From positions 220,472,001 to 220,536,000 of the forward strand of contig OX597814.1 of NCBI GenBank assembly GCA_951406725.2: DNA of 64,000 nucleotides, in the 5' to 3' direction. The notes beneath the pieces are model-generated. The model saw only the letters and a program-made list of their open reading frames with translations, ran no database searches and was not told where the DNA came from. Shown here piece after piece: positions 26,943 to 41,862 of the stretch. Position numbers and translations under genes: made by a program. The first letter of the stretch is position 1. Each line of letters opens with the position of its first letter. This DNA is from Octopus vulgaris (taxonomy: Eukaryota).

Positions 26943-27592
26943 ACACACAGACACATTTAACTTTTGAATTCCATGACTTGCATAAATAAAACAGAATTCA
27001 AATTTTTTTTTTTTTTTTTGTTTTTGACATAGCATCTCTGTATAAATAAGAAAGCTAACAGGAGCAACAGCAACAACAACAGTAAAAAACATTTAATTTC
27101 AAGATTGGTAAAAAAGAAGTAAAAAAAAAATGACAGGTTAGTTAAATAAGCCTTTGTTTTCAAATAGTATTGAATATTAAAATAGATTTTAAATTAAATT
27201 TTTAAAAAAATATGTTTATTAAAACACAGATAGTTGAAAATTGTGTGAATTGGTATTCCTCTTACGTTTATGATTTTAATACAAGTTGCATGTCTTTAAA
27301 CAAGGAGATTAATGAAAGAGTATGATGCCTGACAAGTAACCTAAATGAATATTGTTACTTCCTGGTTTCAGACTTTTAAAATCTTAATTAACACACATGA
27401 AATAGGTTGCGACAAACTTTTGCACAACTATTTCTTTCTAAAACAATTTGCTCTGTTTTGTACCTCTTGTATTGATTTTTGGGTTGAAAAAGTCTGTAAA
27501 TTTTGATTTTGATATTTGAGCTAAATCTTACAAGTAAATATTCTGATTCCTATAACAAACCATGAAGTGGAAATGCTATTGTTATTCATATT

Positions 27593-28175
27593 GAGGTGGT
27601 GAGCTAGGAGAATTGTTAGCACACTAGATGAAATGCTTAGCTGTATTTCACCCGGTGCTACGTTCTGAGTTCAAATTCCACCAAGGTCAACTTTGCCTTT
27701 CATCCTTTTGAGGTTGATAAATTAAATGCTAGCTGAACACTGGGATCAATGTAACTTACACATCATCCCCTCCCCAAAATGGCTACTCTTGTGGCAAAAT
27801 TTGAAACTATTATCATTATTATTAAAGTAGCGAGCTGGCAGAATCATTAGCATGCCGGGGAAAATGCTTTCAACATTTTGTGCATCTTTACATTCTGAGT
27901 TCAAATTCTGTTGCAGTTATTTTTCCCTTCATCCTTATGGGTCAAGAAAATAAGTACCAGCTATTGTCAATGCCATCAACGTAACCCTCCCTGAAATTGC
28001 TGACCTTGTGCCAAAATTTGAAATCATCATCGTTATTATTATTATCAATGCAGCTGAGTCAACTTTGCTTTCATCTTTTAGGGGTCGATGAAATAAGTGT
28101 CAGTCATGCATTGGGGTTACTGTAATTGAGTAGCCCCCTGCCCTAAAATTTCAGGTCTTGTGCCAATAGTAGAAA
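27593..28175 (+). mobile_element. Cluster of three old SINE C copies in tandem
   Basis: Repeated gagctggcagaat...ctgagttcaaattc...tttcatcctt...cttgtgccaaaatttgaaa blocks. Confidence 0.7.
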
Positions 28176-28853
28176 GGAGTTTTAGTAGTAGTAGTATTAT
28201 TGTGGTGTGAAACTGTTGATTAATGTGCTTTACCTTGAAGGATAACATGCAGTTAATGAAGGTGCTTCTAAAGGGAGCTTGTTCTACTAAAAACAACAGG
28301 TCTTTCAAACAGTGCCCTAACATCTTAAAACATATTAGATGAAGTCCTATACACATTTGTAAAAACAAAAACAAAATGAAAAGAAATAGGATGATCATAG
28401 ATGTGCTTGGTCAGCCCTGATCTGGGGCTAAACAACAACTACAACAATTACAACAAAACAAACTGCCGATTTCAAGATGTGATCTCTCAACTTTTAGACC
28501 AATAATCCAGCATCTTATCTCTACATTCAACTGAAGGATGTAAATTCACGATTTTATTAGTAGGCATTATGTTGATGATATATACATACATATATTTAAG
28601 TATCATAACAGATACAGAGTCACAAAGGGGTTGTTAAATAATTCCTGGTTATGTGCTGGGTGTTGTAATTCTTGAAAATATCTTCTGTACACAAAATTTC
28701 TTTATTATGGTAAACAAAATTAAAAATAATCTTTCTGAGATAGCATAACTATATCAACATACATACAGGCATATGCACACATGCTTGAATGAATGCATAC
28801 ATGTGTGTGTGCATATATTTGTAAATGGACATATATACATTTTTATGCAAATG

Positions 28854-28915
<62 letters not shown>

Positions 28916-31702
28916 AATGCATGTGTGAGGTGTGTGTGCCTGTGTTGATGTGTATATATATATATAATCATGTTCCTTCAGAAAAATTATTTATAATATT
29001 GTGTACAGTGGAACAGATATTTTGTGTACACTAATATAAAACAAGAGCACAAGAAATTTCTAAGTCAAAGTGCAAGGAAGTTGCCATAAAGAAATAGGAC
29101 ATTTTGTATGAGCTTTTTATTAAATAAAAGGGAGCTTTGATGTATGGAGTATCAGTTTGATAGAAAAAAAAAGAAAAAAAGTTGGTAGAAGAGTGAATAC
29201 ACCCACTTGCCAAACTTCTGCTGCAGATAGTTTTACCAAAACTATTTTATTTGTCTCCTGCCATTAAGAAGGTTAAAAAGACACAGAACAAAAATAGATG
29301 TAAACCTTCAGTCAATATTGCCCAACCACCTATCCCATTACCATGGAATTATGTTGTTCTTCTATTTCTTGTAACATTGCAGCAATTGTGTTTGTTCTTC
29401 TGTTGCCAGCACTACACCTGCCTATCTTGCCACTGCTGCCACTATGAAGATGATGATGATGATGGTGATGGTGGTGGTGGTAGTGGTGGTGGCAGTGATT
29501 AGCACTGAGTTTAATAATTCTGCCTGGAACTCCTTTTCTAACAATCAATATTTGTCTCCTCAATCAACCATTTTACAGACCAGTGAGGGAGCCTCCACAT
29601 AACAACCTAAGAATAACAATGTATAGATATTCTGTATACAGGATGGTCATGTCTGGAATACCTTTGGCCATAAGCCTGCACAGACGGAGCTAACTTAGGG
29701 CTAATCAATAGCAACAATAACAACCATTAACTCTTTAGAGATGAAACTACTCTTGCTTCTACACAGAAGAACATACAACCATATTTACAAGACATTAAAA
29801 AAAAATGTGTTACAGTTTAACATTCTGTAACAACATCTGAAACTTGATAAACAAGACACAGTAAATATATATTTTCTAAAAAGAGATCGGCTTGTCTAAT
29901 AAAGGTTAGCTTGCAAGAATTCAAGTCAAAGATTAACTGCACTAACTTACCCTATTCCTATGTCCCAATCAGGGTGAGCTTTGAAAGGATATGAACTCCT
30001 AAGAGCACAGAAAACTTTTCTGACTAATTAGTAAATGAAAACAAAAATGGAAAAGGCTGGATAAAATTTGTTAACTAAATGTCATCAAGCAATTACATCT
30101 AATCTACACAAGTCAGAGAGATTTAATGTTGAAAGATGAATAGTTTAAAATTTGATGCTTCCTTTCTCTATAGCCTGACCCCAACAACAATGGGAACACT
30201 TCCTTTTCCTATAAAATACATATATACATGTATGTGTATACACACACACACATATATATATGTATACACACACACATATATATATGCACACACACACACA
30301 CACACACGCACCGTCCAATCCATGCCAGCATAGAAGACAGCCGTTAAATGATGATGATGATTATATATATATATGTGTCAACAAAACATATCAGAAAAGA
30401 AGCACCATGTACATATGGTCCCTGTTCAGTCATTTCAAGTAGCTGCAGAGAAGTATTTCAAGGTTAGTATTGCAATAAAATTGAACAAAGTACAAGGAAG
30501 TGCTAGGAACACAGCATAAGATAAGGAAGCACTCAAACAACATAAGCAGAGAGAGTCACACAATGAGAGCTAAAATGGTGGAGAAGCTTGAGATGGTACA
30601 ACACTAAATTAAATGCTTTAAAATATTCTAAATAAATGCTTTGTGCCTTTCAGTTCAGAGCACAAACATCACTGATGTTAACTTTGTTTATGTATGTGGT
30701 ACATAAAATAAATAGCAGTTATATACTAGGAATCATTCAATTGATTAAATTCTTTTTCTACAAGTATCTGTTGCTTTGTGCCAAAGTTAGAAAACATTAT
30801 CATTATCTCGATTCACCTACAGCCCATTAGACGTTTAAAAAGTATATACCTTTACTGTTTGGAGACATACATCACTAAAAGAGTAAAGACAACATAAAAA
30901 AAAAAAAATAATGATGGTAGATGAATTCAACAATTAACTACACAATTCAACTAGTTTATTCCACACTCCTTTCTCATAACAATAGCAAAATGTGGTATCT
31001 GTTGGTTCACACCAGTATACGATACAGTTGAATGAGAGCCAAACACGTAGACAAATGCAGCACCTTTGGGAAAATAGCCAGTAAAGGACTTAAGAATTTT
31101 ATGTAAACTTTAACCTCTCAAAATGTTTATCGACAATGTCAGCGATACAAATAGGATTTCATTCTAACATTGGTAAGAATAACCAGTTTGTGCATGTATA
31201 TGGGTGTCTGAGCAGTGGGGTTCCATTTGTATTCATTAACTACTCAGAAATATAAACTCTAGGTAGGCTCCCTTTTGTGCTTTCCTCAGTGAAATAACAA
31301 AAATCACAAACCAAAAGTAAACCTGCTTATAGCTAACACCAAGTCATGCTTGTCTGGATGAAGGCAGTGACACAAACTCTATCCAGCACATGACCCACAA
31401 AACATAGCAGCAAATCACCATCAAATCATACTCTATGATCATATATTAAAGGGCACATTACACAATATAGTTCCTGGTATATAAAAGAATGTGATATTCT
31501 TGAATACAGCATCTTTCATTGTAGGTCTACTCCAGTACTTTTCAAAGTGGGCAGTACTGCCATTGGAGAGGAGGAGAGGTAGAAAATTTTATAATGGCAC
31601 TGAGAAAGAGGGGGAGAGAAAGAGAAAATTGACTTGAAGATGAGTCAAAATTTGTCATCTTGATATTCAAATTATATATACATATATATATATATATTTT
31701 AT

Positions 31703-31896
31703 ATATTGATATATTTTTTTTATATATATTATTAATTGGAACAAGTTACAGAATTACTCAAGGGCTGAAAGTTTTATGCTTTGTTACTTATCAAACTTTA
31801 ATGATTTTGAAGTTTGTTAAGTGCTAACACACAAAACTCTCAGCCCCTGAGTCACTCTGTAACTTCTACTGATTAATAATAGATAAAAAATATATC

Positions 31897-31901
<5 letters not shown>
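31703..31901. mobile_element. Older palindromic insert (~95-bp arms) in a (TA)n tract with a decayed hammerhead motif
   Basis: Arms pair around loop 31801-31807; AGU-[uugUUaa / uugAUaa]-GUG..CAC-aAAAC-..UCAG ccc CUGA-GUC-ACU. Confidence 0.7.
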
Positions 31902-31931
<30 letters not shown>

Positions 31932-31932
<1 letters not shown>

Positions 31933-32158
31933 TTTATTCAAAGCAGCAGAAAATTCAACAAAACCTGTTACTCTGAGTTTCCCGTTGCCGTTCATCGGAC
32001 AGTTTTTGCTAGAAAAAATTGTCCGATGAACGGCAACGGGAAACTCAGAGTAACAGGTTTTGTTGAATTTTCTGCTGCTTTAAATAAAGCATGTTACTCT
32101 ACCACTGGTATTTGAGTACTCTTTTTTCCACCTTGTTTCACATTTATGTGTTTACTCC

Positions 32159-32160
<2 letters not shown>
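31932..32160 (+). mobile_element. Young palindromic insert (76-bp arms plus ~70-bp unpaired 3' tail) between (TA)n tracts, Penelope pLTR-like
   Basis: Arms 31932-32007 and ~32013-32089 with 2 mismatches; AATAAA at 32083-32088. Confidence 0.85.
32014..32061 (+). ncRNA. Minimal type I hammerhead ribozyme motif (U4C core variant); mirror copy on the minus strand at ~31960-32007
   Basis: Stem I AAAA(C/U)UGU / ACAG(G)UUUU; CCGAUGA 32023-32029; stem II aCG-GCAA-CGg; GAAA 32040-32043; stem III CUC-A-GAG; GUA 32050-32052. Confidence 0.72.
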
Positions 32161-32196
<36 letters not shown>

Positions 32197-32709
32197 TTAT
32201 ATATAAAAGCTACATTTAAAAAATAATTCTAGATTAAGTCCACCCCAACCTCAATTCCAGTCTGCAAAACACAGACAGCACCCCCCCTCCTCACCAAAGA
32301 AAACAAGAAGATTTAGATTGAGTATGGATATTTAATGAAGACATAAGACAGGCTTATGTTTTGATAACCTAGACTAAAAAAATACAGAAACATATATAGT
32401 GAATACTCTACTTCTGCCTTAAGTAATTTCAAACAGATACACAAACAAACGCTGTACATGGAAGCACGCACAAGGCTTCATTATTTTTCTCTTTGTCTTT
32501 TCGGGCCGCAGAATACGAAAACAAATTTTGAAAACAAAAAACGAAAATAGTTTAGTATATCACTTCCACATTCACATACAAAACAAAAAAAAATAACGCA
32601 AATAATTTTATAATGACAATCGCTGGAAAGAAAAAAAAAAATTATACAGAAAATAAAATGATTTTCAAATCTTAAAAAACAAATTGGTAAATGAAATTGA
32701 ATATAAAGA

Positions 32710-32711
32710 TG

Positions 32712-32750
<39 letters not shown>

Positions 32751-32759
32751 ATATGTATG

Positions 32760-32822
<63 letters not shown>

Positions 32823-32830
32823 CTACACAG

Positions 32831-32865
<35 letters not shown>

Positions 32866-33010
32866 TATACAGAGAAATATATATATATACATCACCATGA
32901 TATATATATATACATATATATATGTATATATAATACATACACATATATATATAAATATATATATATACATATATATAGATATAAATATATAAATATATAT
33001 ATATTTATAT
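32710..33010. repeat. Compound (TA)n microsatellite
   Basis: Seen directly. Confidence 0.95.
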
Positions 33011-33011
33011 A

Positions 33012-33771
33012 CGAGCAAAACGCCCCACCCCATCCAATGGACAGTGCTGAGTTGTCAAACATTTAAACCAAATTTTCTCAAAACAACTTGTTCAACCGTC
33101 CCATAGGCCTCCCCTTTGAGAAATACTGATTTAACCTAAATTTGAGAAACCAGCAAAAGAAGAAATAAAGATAATCTTTTTTCTATTCGAAAGAAAAACG
33201 ATTTTATTCACACAAATATGCAACCAAAGAGTTTAAAGTACCGGTAATGATAAGGCTGTTGACTGGGAGAACAAAAGCCTGGTTTAAACAGTTCTTTTCA
33301 TTAAAAAATAATGAAGCATGCCTTTATTTCAATAAAATTTTTGGTCTTGTTAAACGAAGCTAAGGAAAAAAAAACTTCTTGAGAAACCAAATAGTCTTTC
33401 CTTCCTTCATGCAAGTTTGAAGAAAATATCTCTTTTGCATCTTACTTTTTTGGTCTCTTAAATATACTGCATTTTGTGGCATTATTTCAAACCAAGCAAT
33501 TTTTTTTGCGCAAACTGCACGTGCATTCTTCTTGCATATGCATAGTATCAATCGCAACAGCTGATGTACTTGCACGTACAAATGCACGTTCACACAGCTT
33601 TATCGATCGCATACTCACCTGGAATCGATTTTTGTAATATTTTCAAGACTTATACACGCCCTGATATCGTCGGTATCTACATATCAAATTTGAGCGCAAT
33701 CGGATGGCGGATGCCCGAGATCCTAGAAGACACACACACACAGACAGACAGAACGGATTTTATATAATAGA
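33012..33771 (-). mobile_element. Probable non-autonomous Helitron (~760 bp)
   Basis: Minus strand begins A|TCTATTATATAAAA, then (CTGT)n(GT)n and ccgattgcgctcaaatttg; the far end is a degenerate CTAG|T (plus-strand acgag) next to a GC-rich segment; no TSD. Confidence 0.6.
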
Positions 33772-34431
33772 TGTGTATATAGGCACATGACCCTCGGCCA
33801 TCTTTCTTCTCTGTATTTGAATTTCTTTGTTTCCTTCTGATCAGCTGCATTCTTGTCTGTCTCTTCACTTTGTTGAGGCTTAGCACCCCTTCCCATTTGT
33901 TTTCAGTGTCCTGTTTTTGTTACCAACATTGACTCTCCGCCAAATCCCAAATTTTATTGAATTTGCTTTGCAGGAGCAAGTCTTTTGTCAAAGGTGTATC
34001 TTGCAATGAATTGCTCGAAATACAGAGTACAAAAAGAGACGACTGATGAAGGGTCATTCTTTACGTTGCTTGTCTTGTTTTCCATTCGTTTCTTTCGTTG
34101 TTCGCAAAAAAAGTTTGTATTCCATGTTGTTTGCATTCTGTGCCCATATATGCTTATGTATATACATATATATGTAAGTATGTACACATATGTATGTATA
34201 TATGCACATATATATATTATTTATATTATTATATATACATATATATACAGATATATACATACATACATATACATATACTTATATATATGTATATATATAT
34301 GTATATATATATATATAGATGTAAGTAGATATGTATGTATGTATATGTGTATGTATGTATATATGTATATGTATGTGTATATATGTGTATGTATATATGT
34401 ATACATACACATAAATATATATATATATATT

Positions 34432-35420
34432 TGGTGAGGCCCAATGTTCGAAGGTCATGCTTCACCACCTCATCCCAGGTCTTCCTGGGTCTACCTCTTG
34501 AACAGGTTCCCTCAACTTCTAGGGTGTGGCACTTTTTCACACAGCTATCCTCATCCATTCTCGCCACATGACCATACCAGTGCAGTCTTCTCTCTTGCAC
34601 ACCACATCTAATGCTTCTTAAGTCCAACTTTTCTCTCAAGGTACTTACACTTTGTCTAGTATGCACACTGACATTACACATCCATTGGAGCATATTGGCT
34701 TCATTCCTTGCAAGCTCATGCATGTCCTCAGAAGTCACAGCCCATGTTTCACTGCCATGTAGCATGGCTGTTCATACACATGCGTCATACACTCTGCCTT
34801 TTACTCTGAATGAGAGGCCCTTTGTCACCAGCAGAAGTAAGATCTCTCTGAACTTTGCCCAGTCTATTTTTATTCTAGGAGCTACACTTTCAACACACCC
34901 TCCCCCACTACTGACTTGGTTACCTAGGTAGTGGAAGCTGTAATTTTTTCTCCCTGGAATGTGGCGGAAGTTGTTCTCTGCACATTTTCAGTGTTTATTG
35001 CTCCAGAGCATATGCCACATACAAAAACTATCTTTCCAGCTAGTTTTCCTGATATTGCTGTACCTCTTATGTGTCCATAGCTTACAGTGGGTACATCTTA
35101 TAGAGTTTCTAACTAAACCTTTTCTACAAATCGAGCAGGGTCATCTACCTGAAGGGATTTGTGGTTTGTCTGCCTTCCTACTTATTAGGATTTTGGTTTC
35201 AGCTAGGTTGATTCTAAGGCCCTTTGATTCTAATCCTTGCTTGCATACCTGAAACTTCTCTAGTTCTGATAGTGACTCAGCAATTAGAGCAAGGTCATCA
35301 GCATAGAGGGGCTCCCAGGGGTATCCTGTCTTGAATTCCTCCGTTATTGCCTGCAGGATTATGATAAATATGAGGGGGCGGAGGACTGAACCCTTGTGGA
35401 CCCCCTACATCTACCCAGAA
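34432..35420 (-). pseudogene. RTE-clade LINE reverse transcriptase fragment flanked by microsatellites
   Basis: Motifs GVHKGSVLRPLIFIII, LYADDLAL, YLG, MLHGSETWAV, RLHWYGHVARM and RGRPRKTW. Confidence 0.93.
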
Positions 35421-35423
35421 TTC

Positions 35424-35488
35424 TCTCTCTCTCTATATATATATACATACATATAAATATATATACATATATACATACGCATATATAT

Positions 35489-35539
<51 letters not shown>

Positions 35540-35771
35540 TATATATACATATATATATACATACACACACACACATGTATATATATATACATACACACAC
35601 ATATACAGACACACATACATACATATACATATATACATACATACACACACACATACAGACACACATACATACATAAATACATACATACATACACACACGC
35701 ACGCGCGCACATACACACACACACACATACATACATACATACAAACATACATATAATCATACATACATACA

Positions 35772-35807
<36 letters not shown>

Positions 35808-35820
35808 TATATACATATAA
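35424..35820. repeat. Compound TA/CA/TACA microsatellite
   Basis: Seen directly; similar tracts at 34150-34430 and 36700-36950. Confidence 0.95.
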
Positions 35821-36152
35821 TAGAAAATGTGTTCATAAATAATTTGATAACTACTGTTTCAGCATTCTGATCTAAAGATTACACACACACACACACACAC
35901 ACACGTATTTATTATATATTTATTTATTTCAGAAGACATATGCTATTATACTCTAAAGTAAAAAATTTGTCAGACCAATATAATTCTTCAAATGTTTCTT
36001 AAAAAGAATGTTAAAACTGAGATAAATAAATCAGATATTTATTTAAGACAAAGGTCATTTACCCCCTCCCCACACTTTAATGTATATAAAAACATACAAC
36101 AAAGCAGTATTGTATATGTATATGTGTGTGTATATATATATATATATATATA

Positions 36153-36323
36153 GGCGCAGGAGTGGCTGTGTGATAAGTAGCTTGCTAACCAACCACATGG
36201 TTCCGGGTTCAGTCCCACTGCGTGGCATCTTGGGCAAGTGTCTTCTGCTATAGCCCCGGGCCGACCAATACCTTGTGAGTGGATTTGGTAGATGGAAACT
36301 GAAAGAAGCCCGTCGTATATATG

Positions 36324-36356
<33 letters not shown>

Positions 36357-36552
36357 TTGTCCCCCTAGCATTGCTTGACAACCGATGCTGGTGTGTTTAC
36401 GTCCCTGTCACTTAGCGGTTCGGCAAAAGAGACTGATAGAATAAGTACTGGGCTTACAAAGAATAAGCCCTGGGGTCGATTTGCTCGACTAAAGGCGGTG
36501 CTCCAGCATGGCCGCAGTCAAATGACTGAAACAAGTAAAAGAGTAAAAGAGT
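36153..36552 (+). mobile_element. SINE family A inserted in (TA)n
   Basis: Full length; TA repeats on both sides. Confidence 0.93.
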
Positions 36553-36836
36553 ATATATATATATATATGCAGATAATGAAATATTGTCATAGCTTCTTGC
36601 AACTGGCAGTATGTGTCTGTGTTTGTGTGTAAAGAATACTTAAATCTCAAATGTAGTTTTGAACTATTGTACATCCTACTACATTTAGAAACACACATTC
36701 ATGTGTGTGTGTGTGTGTGTGTGTGTTATATATATATATATATATATACATATATGTATGTGTGTGTGTTTATGTTTGTATATATTCTGTGTGTGTATCT
36801 ATATTTATATATAAATGCATATATATTTTAATATAG

Positions 36837-36918
<82 letters not shown>

Positions 36919-39900
36919 ATGCATGTATATATATGTATACACACACACATAGTTAGGAAAGGAAGTTCATATGCAGTCATTTGTTTTTACATTTTTTTCC
37001 TGCTGGTATAGACTGATTTGCTTTTTGCTTAGAACTAAAATTGGAAGACTTATTTTTCAAGAAAGGAGAATATCCCGCAGAAAGCATTATTTTGGAATCA
37101 AGAAAGATAAGTAGCTAAATAAATAAATCTTGCTTAAAGACAAGGATTCTTGTGTTTGTACTTGAAAACATAGAATATTCTAAGCAGATTGTAACCTTCA
37201 AGTTAGATATGATTGCTGCAATGATGTGAGTCTAAAAAGAGTTGAACAAGCGTTTCAGTGGTAGGAACATGAGAGGGTAGGATTATTAAAAGAAATTTTC
37301 CATTCTTTTTCTTTTTTTTCCCTCTATTTAATGTTCATTGAAAATAAATAACAACCAAGAAATAAAAAAAGTCCTTATACATCCAAGATATTTCAAATCT
37401 GCAATGTAATACAAAGATTTTTTTTTTCTTCCTGAAATAATTATTATTTGTGGGTTGGGAATATACATATATATTTCAAGAAAGACTCATAATGGGTGTA
37501 GAGAAAGTTGCCTAAATATAATTCTAAATACGGTACTTAGCACAGAACACAACATTAACCCTTTAACCCATTTTGCCTTTATGATCAATGTTTAGAAAAA
37601 TTGAAGATAGCTATTATGGACTATTAAAAGTAACGTTAAGGGATGCTTAAAATACTAGTCTCACACGAAATTTATTTAACTATGTAGTGTTATGATTCTA
37701 ATTTTTCAGCTGATTAACATCATTTTACACACTGTTATGTTTAATTTGATCTCTGGTTATCAGCAGGTATATTATTCTTGGGTTGGGTATGTAAGCATAG
37801 AAAACCAGACTAGTATACTGGATTGCTAGTCTTGCAATATGAAATAAAGGTATCTAATTCAAATAATTCACGTTTGTACTATGTACATAAGCAAGAGAAA
37901 GATAGCAAAGTACATGAAATATATCATAAATGCAAATAAATGTTTTATTTCTGAAGATGAGGACAATAGCCTGAAAAATTATAATCATATTTAAAAACAA
38001 CTTATTGCTGACATTTATTCAATTGCTTAATCATCACTATCATCATCTTTTAATTCCACTTTCCATGCTGTCATGATGGGTCACCACATTTTGAGTTAGT
38101 TCCATTTGATAGTTACTTCCCTCATAGATGGGTCAGAGGACTACATCACCCTTATTCTAGTTTGGGCATGGTTTTATGGTGAGAGGTCACCATGTACTTG
38201 GTAAAATTAAAAGTCCTCTCAGCCTTTTGTTATTGCTGTTTGCTAATTCACTATATTACAGCAATTTTATTTCTGCTTTCTATCAGTTCAAAATCAGATT
38301 AAATAAATGCCACTAATATGTTAGGGCCACATTAACTGACTACACAGCTCAGCCTACAAAGTTGAACCTGTGCCTAAGAAATAAATCAATATTCAGTTTT
38401 GGAGTTTTTCATTGTGGATTTAAATTATATTGAGGCTGAAATGTTCCTGTCTATCATCTAGGGCCAAGAGTAAGTGTAATAGATAATCTGACTGGGATCA
38501 ATTCAATTAGCATCACATATAGAAAAATTAACTTTGTATGTAATCAATTCAAATTAGCAAACTGATAAATTGCAGAAGTCCAAATTAAGTACTTTCATCT
38601 ACTGCTTCTTGTAGTATTTAAAACAGCTACTCTGAATGCATTTTCTCTTCTTTGAACCAACACTCCTATGAATCCCAAGTGAATGATTATAACCAGATTA
38701 ATTAAAAGGTGAGATTAATTGGCAAAAAAAACAAAACAAAACAAAACAAATACATAATATACCTCTAGAGATCAATATAATATATAAGCAGGTTCCTGAG
38801 AAAAGTAGTTATCAATGGATCCATCATTATCACCATCATCTCTTCTTGTACTGATTTCACTAATTATTTTCACTTTCTTCTAGTTATTAGGGAGCATCTG
38901 ATGAGTTGTTGTTTGCTTATTTTTATCTTAGTCTTTTTACTTATAACTTTGATACAGCAAGCTTTCATTATGTTTGATTAAGACAGGCAATCTTCTTCAC
39001 TTACATTTTGACATAAATAAAATTTCTTTCTTTCTTTTTTTCTTTTTGTTCATTTGTACATGAAGAGCTACAATTGCAATTAAGAAAGGACATCAAAAGA
39101 AAGTAACCCGGATGCATTAACCAAGGATGCAACACAAGTGAATTCATACATCCAGTCTTTGGCAACCCTACAATTTTAATTGTAAACCATCATTGAGTTT
39201 AAGTCATCAAATTCATGTCACTTAAATGATACATTAAATAAATTATCCAGCACTCTTACAACCAAATCATTCTATCAGTTTACTGAAATCTCGCAAAATG
39301 GACGGCTAAATTACAGCCTGCAGTCAGGTGAAATGTTATGTTCATCTGGGCTGAATTTTTATACAGAACTACATGGTATGGATTTCTTTACATGTATAAA
39401 TTCAGTCACATGAAATTATGCGCATTTGGCAGGATATCACGAGTTAGAGGTAGAAATAACTGGTAGAAGTTAAGTGAGAAAGACTGATTCAAAACCAAAG
39501 GACATTAAACCTCACAAGTGAAATTATGAGGGTTGTGGAATTAATCTTTACTGCTAACACTAGTTGAATTCAAAAAATAAAAAAGGAACTTTAAAATGAT
39601 GGTGATTTAAAAAATGATGAACAAAAAATCATGAAACAGTCAGTGATTCTGACAAATTGGCATTCAAGTATTTTAAATTAAAAAAACAGTAGCAAGGATA
39701 TTAAAACATGAGAAAACTAAAAATGATAAATAGAAAAGACAGCTGGAAAAATCATTTAAAATAATAGTACTACTGTTGAAATTTCTACAAGGAAATTAGC
39801 ATTACTAAATTATTAATGAGAATTGATTTTTTACCCCACTAGAATATTTTGAGTTACTGATTATTGCTTTGATGAAAGACAAGGAACCATAATCTTGTAG

Positions 39901-41213
39901 GTACAACTTAGGTTAAGATGACTAAATAGAAAAATGTTAAATCATATAGAAAAGACAATTCAAATTCATTCAGCGAAAATTTCCTTTGAAATATAACTTG
40001 TGATTTATCATTATTTTCCCCCCTTGTAACTGTTCTTCCAACTGGTTGTTCTTTTTACTACTAACAAAAAAAAACAACAACAAAAAAAACAGGAAGTTGG
40101 GTGGAATTGAGGCAAGTAGAATTAATATGCTTTACTGAGAAGCATAACATATGTGGAAATGTTTCAATTCATGATCAAGTAATAGTATTTCAGCTAGCAT
40201 TGAACAGTCACTGAATACAATTAAATGCATGAACAGATTACTCTTCAATTTGCATACAAATTAAGTATTTAAATCCATATGGTACTGACATGTGCAATGG
40301 GGCCATTGACAATAGTATTCTAAGGATATCATATATCCAACTTCTTTAATTTTTCCGATTTTCAAATGTAATTTGGTGCCAATAATGTTAGAAGACAGCA
40401 GATAATAATATCTGTAACAATATCAAATTCAAGATTCTATCTAGCTGTTTCATATTTATGGTAGATAAATGATAAATTAAAGAAGTCGCTGCCATTAGAT
40501 CTCGGAGTCAAAGGAAATTAAACTGGATATATAAAGTTTAAAGTTACATACCTCAAGCATCAGCCAAATGGAGAAGCTCTCCCAGAAATTTTATGGGAGG
40601 CAGAGTTTATACCACCCATTATCATGGCATAATAAATAAATTCTTCGTATCAAATATATATTCTGATATGAAATCCTCACAAACTCAACACTACACTATA
40701 AATATGGTCACAACCATAATTTATTACAGCTTCATGATGGCCATGAGGGAAATAATGCTTTTAAGTTTTCAGGACCCTTGTGCAATGGCTAACAAATTTT
40801 AAGTGTTATGCCAATCATTATCTACAAAGTAAATAAATACCCAGAAGAAAATAATGAAGATTAATAAATAAATACAAATTTTAAAAAATTAATAATCAAC
40901 CTGACAGCAGTATATAAAATAAAAATGTATAGTGTATGCACACATGCCTTCTCGTCCCACCCCAACACATGATTGCTGAATTCTAAATCATAAATAAGAA
41001 CATCTAATGAGAAATTCATTCACCCTAAAAGAGGCAAGATCCCAAGGTTTTGTTAGCTTTGTTTGAACACACACACACTATGAAAATAAATTAATTACAA
41101 CTGGGGAAAGAAAACAAAAACGTTACTAAATTGAATTAACATTGATTAATTGAATCATGAAATAATATTTATCAAACAATCGCCATACTACAGACTTGTT
41201 CAACTTGTGTGTG

Positions 41214-41245
<32 letters not shown>

Positions 41246-41862
41246 CAGACATGATGATGATCGTGTAGATCATAATCACAATCTTTATCGTCATAATCAT
41301 CTCTGATTAATAACGTAATAAAAAGATGTTAAAAACTGTTTACAACTGAAATTTCTAGTTCTGTAGGATTTTGATGTTGTCATAAAATAAACAGATTTAG
41401 TAGTAGATATCTTAAGCTGAATGTATTTGGCAAAGGAAATGGCCCTGCATTAATGGATACAAACCTTTGACCCTTTTACCAGTTTGCTAGCATCTTAACA
41501 ACTTAACCATCTGTGATTCACATTAACCAGAGGTTGTTATCTGTTTTCCAAACAAGTTGACTGAAGCAACTAACATGATTAGTCTACCTTGTTGTTATTA
41601 CAGCATCAAAACTACTCAAACATTGTACCTATGATACTGATATGCTGAAACGGATATATTAGAAGCAGCTAGGCTTTTGGCAATTGTTTAACTCTCAGTG
41701 TCATAGATGAGTAAATGTACATGTTTAACTTCTTTTATTGATTTCTCGCAAAATTTTATTGCTCTGATTGTCAAATGGCTTTTATGTATGGGCATAAATT
41801 TTCTCAGGAAATATATTTCTTAATTTTTTTTTTTTTAGGTCACATAGGTACAATAGATTTTT

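Noticed and set aside
29452-29495. Poly-His / poly-Asp-Gly ORFs
   Set aside because: A trinucleotide (GAT/GGT)n microsatellite without exon context.
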